DNA of 64,000 nt from Neoechinorhynchus agilis (taxonomy: Eukaryota > Animalia > Acanthocephala): assembly GCA_051530055.1 (NCBI GenBank), contig CM121343.1, positions 528,389 through 592,388 on the forward strand, in the 5' to 3' direction. The notes beneath the pieces are model-generated. The model saw only the letters and a program-made list of their open reading frames with translations. It ran no database searches and was not told the DNA's origin. A program made the translations under genes and the position numbers. This document shows positions 53,075 to 64,000 of the stretch, one piece after another. Within the stretch, counting starts at the first letter, position 1. Every line of letters begins with the position of its first letter.

Positions 53075-56000
53075 TATTGTAAACAATGCCTAAGAAGCTA
53101 CTGATTGCCCCGCATTTAAGCATAATGAAAACAACTGTTGCGTATAATGTTCTAAATGCGAAATATATATACGTAGAATGTAACATTCGGAAAAAAACGC
53201 AGGGCTATTTAAACGTGAATGGATGTAAATAAACAAACAATTACCGCTTGGTTAAAATTATCCAAAAGCGTGCCTTTCACATGTATAAAATAATAACAAA
53301 ATTGATTATTTGATGTCATAATGAGGAAAGGACAACCACAAGAACACAACATAGATGCAAATCCCTAAGAAGTTACAGATTGCAACGCATTGAAGCACAA
53401 TGAAAATAACTGTTGCGTAAAATGTTCTAAAATCGAAAGATATATACGTAGAATGCCGCCTCGATAAAAACAACAATGCATGGGTATATTTACGCTTGCT
53501 CAATTAGATAAACAAACAACTAACTCTTATATAAAATTATCCAAAAGCGCGCACCGATACATTTATAAAATAATAACAAATTTTATGATTTGATGTCATT
53601 ATGAGAAAAGGACAACAATTCGTCAAAACATATATACAAATACATAAGAAGTCAAAGAGAGCGCCGCATATAAGCATAATCAAAGCAACTGTGGTGTACA
53701 ATATTCTAACTGCGAAAGATATATACGTAGGATGCCGCATTCAATAAAAACAACAACGCATGGATATTTTTATGCGTATAGATTTAAATAAACAATTAGC
53801 GCTAAGATAAAATGATGAAAGAGCGTGCCCTTTACATTGATAAAAACAAAGGTGATGATTTGATGCCATTATGAATAAAAGCACGAGCATTCGTAACCAA
53901 CATATATACAAATACCTAAGAAATTGGATATTGCCGCGCAGAAAGGCAAAAATAAAAACAACTGGCGTGCATAATGCTATTAGTGCGGCAGATATATACG
54001 TAGTATACCGCATTGCATAAAAACAACAACGCATGGATATATTTACGCTTGTGCAATTAAATAAATAAACAATTTATGCTTAGATAAAATGATCAAAAAG
54101 CGTGCCCCTTTACATCTACAGAAACATTAAAAAAAATTTATGATTTGATATCATGAGAAAAGTACAACCATAAGTACACAACATTTTTGCAAATGCCTAA
54201 AAATTTAAAGATTATCCCACATTTAAGCATAATGAAAACAACTGCTGCATATAATGTTCTAAATGCGAAATATATATACGCAGAATGCAACATTCGGAAA
54301 AAACGCATGGTGAATGGATGTAAATAAACAATTACCGCTTAGAAAAAAGGATAAAAAAGCGTGCCTTTCACATTTATAAAATAATAACAAATTTGACCAT
54401 TTGTTGTCATTATGGGAAAAGGACAACAATTCGTAAAAAACATATATACAAATACATAAGAAGTCAAAGATAGCGCCGCATATAAGAATAATCAAAACAA
54501 CGGGTGTGTATAATGTTCCAAATGCGAAAGATATATACGTAGCATACCGCATTGCATAAAAACAACAACGCATGGATATATTTGCGCTTGTGCAATTAAG
54601 TAAATAAACAATTTATGCTTAGATAAAATGATCAAAAAGCGTGCCCCTTTACATCTACAGAAACAATAACAAATTTTATGATTTGATGTCATTATGAGAA
54701 AAGGACAACCATAAGTATGCAACTTACATGCAAGTGCCTAAGAAGTCAAAGATAGGGCCGCATATAAGCATAATTAAAACAACTGTTGCGTATAATGTTA
54801 TAAATGCGAAAGATATATACGTAGAATACATCCTCGATAAAAACAACAACACATGGGTATATTTACGTTTGTGCAATTAGATAAACAAACAACTAGCGCT
54901 TAAATAAAATTATCCAAAAGCGCGCCGCGATACATTTACAAAATAATAACAAATTTTATGATTTGATGTCATTATGGGAAAAGGACAACAATTCGTAAAA
55001 AACATATATACAAATACATAAGAAGTCAAAGATAGCGCCGCATATAAGCATAATCAAAACAACTGGTGTGTATAATGTTCCAAATGCGAAAGATATATAC
55101 GTAGCATGTCGCATTCCATAAAAAAACAACGCATGGATATTTTTGCGTGTGCATGTAAATAAATAAACAATTACCGCTTAGATAAAATGATCAAAAAGCG
55201 TGCCTTTACATCTATAGAAAAATAACAAAATTGATGATTTGATGTCATTATGAGAAAAGGACAACCATAAGTATGCAACTTACATGCAAGTGCCTAAGAA
55301 GTCAAAGATAGCGCCGCATATAAGCATAATGAAAACAACTGTTGCGTATAATGTTCTAAATGGAAAGATATATACGTAGAATGCCGCCTCGATAAAAACA
55401 ACAACGCATGGGTATATTTACGCTTGTGCAATTAGATAAACAAACAACTAACTCTTATATAAAATTATCCAAAAGCGCGCACCGATACATTTATAAAATA
55501 ATAACAAATTTTATGATTTGATGTCATTATGAGAAAAGGACAACAATTCGTCAAAACATATATACAAATACATAAGAAGTCAAAGAGAGCGCCGCATATA
55601 AGCATAATCAAAGCAACTGTGGTGTATAATGTTCTAATGCGAAAGATATATACGTAGGATGCCGCATTCAATAAAAACAACAACGCATGGATATTTTTAT
55701 GCGTATAGATTTAAATAAACAATTAGCGCTAAGATAAAATGATGAAAGAGCGTGCCCTTTACATTGATAAAAACAAAGGTGATGATTTGATGCCATTATG
55801 AATAAAAGCACGAGCATTCGTAACCAACATATATACAAATACCTAAGAAATTGGATATTGCCGCGCAGAAAGGCAAAAATAAAAACAACTGGCGTGCATA
55901 ATGCTATTAGTGCGGCAGATATATACGTAGTATACCGCATTGCATAAAAACAACAACGCATGGATATATTTACGCTTGTGCAATTAAATAAATAAACAAT

Positions 56001-57240
56001 TTATGCTTAGATAAAATGATCAAAAAGCGTGCCCCTTTACATCTACAGAAACATTAAAAAAAATTTATGATTTGATATCATGAGAAAAGTACAACCATAA
56101 GTACACAACATTTTTGCAAATGCCTAAAAATTTAAAGATTATCCCACATTTAAGCATAATGAAAACAACTGCTGCATATAATGTTCTAAATGCGAAAGAT
56201 ATATACGCAGAATGCAACATTCGGAAAAAACGCATGGTGAATGGATGTAAATAAACAAACAATTACCGCTTAGAAAAAAGGATAAAAAAGCGTGCCTTTC
56301 ACATTTATAAAATAATAACAAATTTGACCATTTGTTGTCATTATGGGAAAAGGACAACAATTCGTAAAAAACATATATACAAATACATAAGAAGTCAAAG
56401 ATAGCGCCGCATATAAGAATAATCAAAACAACGGGTGTGTATAATGTTCCAAATGCGAAAGATATATACGTAGCATACCGCATTGCATAAAAACAACAAC
56501 GCATGGATATATTTGCGCTTGTGCAATTAAGTAAATAAACAATTTATGCTTAGATAAAATGATCAAAAAGCGTGCCCCTTTACATCTACAGAAACAATAA
56601 CAAATTTTATGATTTGATGTCATTATGAGAAAAGGACAACCATAAGTATGCAACTTACATGCAAGTGCCTAAGAAGTCAAAGATAGCGCCGCATATAAGC
56701 ATAATTAAAACAACTGTTGCGTATAATGTTATAAATGCGAAAGATATATACGTAGAATACATCCTCGATAAAAACAACAACACATGGGTATATTTACGTT
56801 TGTGCAATTAGATAAACAAACAACTAGCGCTTAAATAAAATTATCCAAAAGCGCGCCGCGATACATTTACAAAATAATAACAAATTTTATGATTTGATGT
56901 CATTATGGGAAAAGGACAACAATTCGTAAAAAACCTATATATACAAATACATAAGTAGTCACAGATAGCGCCGCATATTAGCACAATTAAAACAACTTGT
57001 GTGTATAATGTTCCTATTGCGAAAGACACGTACCATGTCGCATTCGACTGAAAAAACAACGCATGGATATTTTTTATGTGTATGCATGTAAATAAATAAA
57101 CAATTACCGCTTAGAGCAAATGGTCAAAGAGCGTGCCAGTTTACATTTATACAATAATAACAGAATTGATGATTTGATGTCAATATGAAAAAAGTACAAC
57201 ACAGAGAAAACTGTAGCATAGCTACGATGAAACAAATTTG
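53075..57240 (-). repeat. Satellite family C, ~15 units with a ~1.93-kb higher-order repeat
   Basis: Identical spurious ORFs recur at offsets of about 1927-1931 bp (53741/55668, 54492/56423). Confidence 0.9.
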
Positions 57241-57766
57241 ACATTAGCAAACGTGAAGGACATCCACGAACTTTAACTGGAGAGCAATATGCGATTCGCG
57301 TGAAGGCATTGATTGAAGAGGATCATCGTCAAGTAATCAGTTCAATGTCTTACTGACTCACAATGGATTAGGCCTCAGTGACGTCGAATTCTTCATTGTT
57401 TGTTTTTCTCCGGAACACAGTTGAACGATCCGCAGTTTCACCTCCGACATGTTTTTTCATTCTTGGCAAAAACTCATTTGCACTGCGGCTTTTCGCGACC
57501 TCACACCGGAAAATATCGAAAAAGCGCAACCGCAACAGTTTTACGTATAAACATCTGAACGTATACAAAACACCTCGTGAACATTTTGCGTAACAACGAA
57601 AAGGAACAGTTAGCATATTACTTGGTTGTTGTTTCCTTGACGCGTGTAAGTGTCTTCCGTGTATGTTATGTGACGTAATAGCATTTTCACTACGTGACGT
57701 GTAGTCAACGAAAGACGGTGCACTCTTGTCCCATTAAGTATATTTGTTTTGAGTTCAAAACGCAAC

Positions 57767-60559
57767 ATGAATACCGAGCTAAGAAATGCTTTGATTGAGC
57801 ACTTAGAGGTTGTCGCCTTTCATGTGCAGGAAATGCTGGTCATCGTTCAAGGCAAAAGTAATGCGGACCAGGCATCAGGTGTAACATCGCAAACTTCGGA
57901 CCAAGTGCAAACGCCGAAAAAGGAGGACTCCGTTGATTGTGACGATGCTGAAATGCTACTGTATCTCAAGTACTTTCAAATCTTCGGGGATTGGCTGTCG
58001 GAAGGCGCGGTGCATCCAAAAAGGTCAGGAACGCATCCCCGTAAAGATGAGATTCCAACAAAAGTCCCGAGGATAAATTGTAGTCCGAGTAGCCGATCGT
58101 ACACAAATAGTAAAGAAAACTCTTTCGGCCAGGATTATCACCGGGAAAAAAAATCGATGGATAATTGCGATTCCTCCTATTCAAATGACAGCGTAAGATT
58201 GATAAAAAAGCGAAGAGGGAAAATAATAATCGAATCTTCAAGTGATGATGACAGTGCTGTTCCACGTAGAATTGAAGCGATAATCGAAGATGACAACTGC
58301 GATGAGCAAACGCGATTGGCCATGTCAAAAGAGAGAAGTCGATTGAAGCGTTTGGAATCGAAGGGAGCTGAAATTGATCATAAAAGCATCATACTCGACT
58401 ACGACTCGGAAACAAAGAAACCGCTTTTATCGGTACATCCTTCTATTGCCAAGTGCCTCAAAAAGCATCAAATCGAAGGATGCCACTTTCTGTATGATAA
58501 TTGCATTGAAACGATTGAAAACAATTATGATGGAAGGCAGTTGGGTGGAGGATGTGTCCTTGCACATTGCATGGGACTCGGTAAAACTTTTACGGTTATC
58601 GCGTTTCTTCAAGCAGTACTTACTCATTTCAAGTTAACCCAAACCAAATCCGCTTTGATTCTCTCACCAAAAAGTGGACTGACCCAATGGTCCAGGGAGT
58701 TCCAGAGATGGCAGTCAAGAATCCGATTAGAAGAAAGAGTTGATGTGATTGTACTTGACGATAAAATGTACGGTTCTGATAAGCTCAAAAACATTCAAGA
58801 TTTTCGAATATCTATTGAACCCACAGTTCTCATAATGACATACTGCCGATTTCGGAATATAATTGAGCGGTTAAATAATTCTCGGGATGATAATCAAATT
58901 CGTCAAGCACTCTTAAATCCTGGTCCGGATTTGTTGGTTTGCGATGAAGGCCATATTTTAAAGAATGAACGTACGAACATCTATAAAGTACTCTCGAACA
59001 TCCGAACTCCAAGGCGTATTGTGATGACCGGGACTCCGCTGCAAAATAATTTAGCAGAGTATCATTGCATGGTACATTTCATAAAACCGAACTATTTAGG
59101 TACGAGGAGGGAATTTAACAACCGATTTATTACACCAATCAAAAACGGCTTAAACGCTGATTCTACGTGGTATGATGTTAAGCTCATGATGAAGAGAACT
59201 CATATTCTTCACGAAATGCTTGGCGGTTGCGTCCACAGACGAGACAGCGCTTGCCTCCAACCTTATCTCCCAAATCGATATGAATATGTTATCAGTATTC
59301 GTCCTTCAAAGATGCAAGCAGAATTATATCGATTATTGGTTCTTAATAAAGGACAAACACAATCACATAGAGATCTTTTGAACTTCTATACCATTGCCAA
59401 ACGGATTTGCGCCCATCCGTTCCTTTTGTGGTCTGATTATAAGAAGAAGCAGGATGCTGTGAGAAGGAAATGGGATAAATTACGCAAATCCGGAGGAGAT
59501 AATCTTGCAAGTCACGACGGAGATAATGAAGAATAGCCGTTTACCGATCGCGTTTCTCTATATCGGCAAACCTCTATAATATGTGCAAATACTGAATGGT
59601 TTCATGGACTTTGCACAGATCCTGAATCTATAAGGTATCGGCTGGACGTCTCTGGTAAACTTGTTGTACTTTTAATGATCCTCGAGCATTGTGCTCAACT
59701 CAATGACAAAGTTTTAGTCTTCTCTTCTAGTTTAACAGTGCTCGATTTCATTGAAGCTATTCTGTTGAACATTAGCCTGCAATCATCTAAACAATCGGAT
59801 AGAGAACAGCATTGTCTCCGTTGGGTATTTGGCTTGGATTACACCCGAATTGACGGAAGTACTTGCGGAATCGATAGAAAAGCCCGCGTTGCGCATTTCA
59901 ATAAAACGAGGAACCGACGTATGCGATTGTTTTTAATTTCTACTCAGGCTGGGGGAATTGCGCTGAATCTTCAGGCGGCTAATCGCGTTGTAATATTTGA
60001 ACCTTCCTGGAATCCTTCGAATGACATCCAGTCGATTTATCGAGTCTACCGATTTGGTCAATCTAAAGAAGTGTTCATTTACAGGCTCTTTACCCTCGGG
60101 ACAATCGAAGAAAAGATTTATCAGCGTCAAATCACAAAGCAAGGTCTAGTTTTGCGGGTTTGTGACGAACAGCACGTTGACCGACATTTTACTGGCCTTG
60201 AACTTTCTAAGCTTTTCACGTTCGATGAAGTTCCCGATGACAACGAAGGCGATACTCAACCCACTCCAATTTTGCCTAAGGATGTCGTTCTGGCTGAACT
60301 TTTGCGATGCTCGCAAAAGTGGATATATGGGTATCACGAACACGACTCTTTCCTTGAACAAAGACCGGAGGAGAAGCTTACGGAAGATGAGAGGAAGGCT
60401 GCATGGGAAGAATATGAGAATGAGAAGTTGCAATTTAGTGCCCGAATTTCTAATGGCCAATACTCTTTACCGACTCTTCCACCAACGACATTTGTTGCAT
60501 TTGCGGAAAGTCGAAAGTCCATGACATTAGGTGCCAATGAGATGATTCAAATCGATTAG
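57767..60559 (+). CDS. ATRX: ATRX/XNP SNF2-family chromatin remodeller, copy 2
   Basis: As copy 1; one visible amino-acid difference (EIPTK versus EIPRK); in-frame TAG at 59534-59536. Confidence 0.93.
59525..59584 (+). other. Putative non-canonical hairpin intron in ATRX copy 2 (60 nt)
   Basis: Contains the in-frame TAG; stem ATAG-cc-GTTT-a-CCGAT with ATCGG-c-AAAC-ct-CTAT; junction GAT|AATG...ATGT|GCA. Confidence 0.6.
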
Positions 60560-60929
60560 AAATGTTCTTCTTGTTTTATAAATCATATTTTAAAATATAA
60601 ATATGATGGCATAATTGTTTTTTGTGATGTCGTTTCACCTTTTACTATTCGCTGTTTGCGACCGATTATAGCTATTGAAGTCCCTTCAAATGCTTTCTTA
60701 TAACTACAAGGATACGTTGTTTGAGGGGTTTATCTAACACGAGTGCGATAAATTTGTATCACGCTGCCCAGTTACTTCATATCTTAGCTCGTAAATTCGA
60801 AGCATAAACAAACTTATACCACGAAGAGGACGCTTTAAACCAAAACAAACGTTAAAATCGAGGCTTATCCAAAGCAACAATATGTGCAACGGTAAATACT
60901 TCGGTTAATTTGTCTCAAGTTAGTAAGGA

Positions 60930-62900
60930 ATAGGAAATTCATATACTGTAGTTATGCAGGGTGATTCTGGCATCTCAACTAGGTTTGCTATTGACTTCAA
61001 TTAACAATCCATAAAAAGTACAAATGTCTTTGTTAATTTTATCTAATTTGGTCGTTTTTACTCTTAAAATGTTGGCACGTTCCTTGATCACAAAACGCGT
61101 AATTGTGGATTTGAAGATATCGTTTTGTAAATAGTACTTTTTTCTTTTTCTTTAGGAAATTCATATACTGTAATTATGCAGGGTGATTCTGGCATCTCAA
61201 CTAGGTTCGCTATTGATTTTGATTAACAATCCATAAAAAGGAAGAATGTCTTTGTTAATTTTATCTAATTTGGTCGTTTTTACTCTTAAAATGTTGGCAC
61301 GTTCCTTGATCACAAAATGCGTAATTATGGATTTGGGGATATCGTTTTGTAAATAGTTCTTTTTCCCTTTTCTTTAGGAAATTCATATACTGTAGTTATG
61401 CAGGGTGATTCTGGCACCTCAACTAGGTTTGCTATTGATTTTAATTAACAATCCATAAAAAGTAAGAATGTTTTTGCTAATTTTATCTAATTTGGTCGTT
61501 ATTACTCTTAAAATGTTGGCACGTTCCTTGATCATCCAATGCGCAATTATGGATTTGAGGATATCGTTTTGTAAATAGTACTTTTTCTTTTTCTTTAGGA
61601 AATTCATATACTGTAGTTATGCAGGGTGATTCTGGCATCTCAACTAGGTTCGCTATTGATTTTAATTAACAATCCATAAAAAGTAAGAATGTTTTTGTTA
61701 TTTTTATCTAATTCGGTCGTTATTACTCTTAAAATGGGCACGTTCCTTGATCACAAAATGCGTAATTATGGATTTGGGGATATCGTTTTGTAAATAGTTC
61801 TTTTTCCCTTTTCTTTAGGAAATTCATATACTGTAGTTATGCAGGGTGATTCTGGCATCTCAACTAGGTTCGCTATTGATTTTAATTAACAATCCATAAA
61901 AAGTAAGAATGTTTTTGCTAATTTTATCTAATTTGGTCGTTATTACTCTTAAAATGTTGGTGCGTTCCTTGATCACAGAATGCGTAATTATGGATTTGGG
62001 GATATCGTTTTGTAAATAGTGCTTTTTCCTTTTTCTTTAGGAAATTCATATACTGTAGTTATGCAGGGTGATTCTGGCATCTCAACTAGGTTTGCTATTG
62101 ATTTTAATTAACAATCCATAAAAAGTAAGAATGTCTTTGTTAATTTTATCAAATTTGGTCGTTATTACTCTTAAAATGTTGGTGCGTTCCTTGATCAGAA
62201 AATGCGTAATTATGGATTTGAAGATATCGTTTTGTAAATAGTACTTTTTCCTTTTTCTTTAGGAAATTCATATACTGTAGTTATGCAAGCTGATTCTGGC
62301 ATCTCAACTAGGTTCGCTATTGATTTTAATTAACAATCCATAAAAAGTAAGAATGTTTTTGCTAATTTTATCTAATTTGGTCGTTATTACTCTTAAAATG
62401 TTGGCACGTTCCTTGATCACAAAATGCGTAATTATGGATTTGAGGATATCGTTTTGTAAATAGTGCTTTTTTCTTTTTCTTTAGGAAATTCATATACTGT
62501 AGTTATGCAGGATTATTCTGGCATCTCAACTAGGTTTGCTATTGATTTTAATTAACAATCCATAAAAAGTAAGAATGTCTTTGTTATTTTTATCTAATTT
62601 GGTCGTTTTTACTCTTAAAATGTTGGCACGTTCCTTGATCACAAAATGCGTAATTATGGATTTGGGGATATCGTTTTGTAAATAGTGCTTTTTTCTTTTT
62701 CTTTAGGAAATTCAAATACTGTAATTATGCTGGAGATTCTGGCATCTCAACTAGGTTTGCTATTGATTTTGATTAACAATCCATAAAAAGGAAGAATGTC
62801 TTTGTTAATTTTATCAAATTTGGTCGTTACTCTTAAAGTATTGGCGCGTTCCTTGATCACTCAATGCGTAATTATGGATTTGAGGATATCGTTTTGTAAA
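60930..62900 (+). repeat. Satellite family B, ~221-bp unit, ~9 copies
   Basis: ggaaattcatatactgt recurs about every 221 bp from ~60933 to ~62706. Confidence 0.95.
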
Positions 62901-64000
62901 TAGTACAACGATTTATTAAGGAAAATTCTACATTTGAGAGCGATTTGCAACCGCATTTATGTCCGTTATTGCGGTTTCAAGTCGTGTTGCAAATGTTGTC
63001 GTATCGTGTTATGAGATCTATTGATGATGAATTTGGCAATCAAAACGTTTATAAACATTCTTTGGCGTTGGGTTATTGTCTTCGAATTAAAAGATACGTC
63101 ATTTTGGTACTTATAACACCCGTAGGCTTTCAATTGAATAATTTATTGCCGATTTTTCACGTCTGATAATTCCTACATTATTGAGGTTTCATAAATTACT
63201 TTCAAAATTTACGATCGCAAATTGCGAAACGCAACAAAAACAAGTTCCGCTGAAGCCATGGATGTAGATCAGGCACAAACCGAAACAGGTGACGACAACT
63301 CGTCACGGATCAACAGGCGTCGACCTTTACGTACCGATTGCAATGACGTCAATCCAACGTCACCGTTGACGACGATCTATCCACCTGACTCAAACTCAGA
63401 CTCTTCCTCCCAGACGACAATTGATTCCAACCACCCAAAGGTCTCGAAAGCAAGTGGATCGAATGCGACCGAAGACCAGTGGATCTCGAATGGTATATTT
63501 CGCGAGGTGAGAGCGCCACCCTCATCGTCGGAAACTATACGTCACTTCCTGACGGAAACCGAATCTCCTGCCATTAAATACGACCAAAAGGATAACGACC
63601 TAGCCCCCGCCTCATCTTCATGCCCGATATGCAGAAAGACTTTCCAAATCACTAAAGGGGGCCTTGTCAGAACTCACGGCCCGATTTCCTGCCAAAGCCC
63701 AGAATCTAAACATCCTCCTGATTCAGTGAAGTCCGAGATTGAGAAAAGCGCATTCCCCGACCCGTTGCCTAGTGCTACACATTCCCCATCGTATAGCTCG
63801 TATCGGCTCCCCCAAGTAGGATCCTAAAGAGGATCCTCAAGAGGATCCTTAAAGGTGCCCGTTGCTAAGTCGCCACGGCCTATGCGGAGAAACTATCCCA
63901 GGCAACTGATTGTGACTCCGACCTGGCATGGAAACAACTTTTCGCGTTCCCGCGTTTGGTATTAAGTGTGGACGACTTGACACCGGACAAAAACCTCACC
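62900..64000 (+). mobile_element. 5' portion of a CRE-clade non-LTR retrotransposon, continuing past the window end
   Basis: CPICRKTFQITKGGLVRTHGPISC, then frameshifted ILKRILKRILKGAR and AWKQLFAFPRLVL, resembling CRE ORF N-terminal motifs. Confidence 0.75.

Larger units (their letters stand above)
53053..63314. repeat. Right arm of the large inverted duplication
   Basis: Reverse complement of 35541-42553 with longer satellite arrays. Confidence 0.95.

Noticed and set aside
40290-57240. Many repeated Cys/Phe/Tyr-rich ORFs (MRCCFY...) resembling a secreted peptide family
   Set aside because: They are chance frames of AT-rich satellite C, with indels between units and no consistent frame.
8116-59596. 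Ribosomal bypassing as the single explanation for all inserts
   Set aside because: Matched take-off and landing codons after a stop fit ATRX (GAA), but give a 5-residue insertion in TECR and fail for ATP5F1A and PDCL; kept only as a secondary hypothesis.
60930-62900. Regular array as a CRISPR-like locus
   Set aside because: Whole ~221-bp units repeat with no unique spacers, the context is eukaryotic and there are no cas genes.
63820-63855. 12-bp triple repeat (gaggatcctcaa-like)
   Set aside because: A local slippage duplication of the ILKR codons inside the decayed CRE ORF.

Overview
Eukaryotic, animal-like genomic DNA from a compact genome; the taxon cannot be fixed from sequence alone. 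Bases ~3-20 kb are gene-dense, with housekeeping genes (NDUFC2, PDCL, PPP1R11, ATP5F1A, PTBP, AATF, TECR) and very short GT-AG introns, mostly 40-60 nt. Bases ~20-64 kb are a repeat mosaic: decayed non-LTR retrotransposons (CR1/L2-like, I/Jockey-like, RTE, CRE), Penelope-like and Helitron remnants, three satellite families, amplified PKA-like pseudogenes, and a large inverted duplication carrying two near-identical ATRX genes. The main result is a set of 49-60 nt interruptions in conserved genes (TECR, ATP5F1A, both ATRX copies, possibly PDCL). In TECR and ATP5F1A they cannot be removed by a GT-AG splice without damaging conserved protein sequence; ATRX and PDCL keep canonical alternatives. 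They share no internal sequence but each folds into a long hairpin. TECR, ATP5F1A and ATRX have the junction AT|AA...TGT|R. This suggests a non-canonical, structure-defined intron class coexisting with normal spliceosomal introns. It is an inference from DNA only and needs RNA evidence. No CRISPR, rRNA or tRNA was supported.
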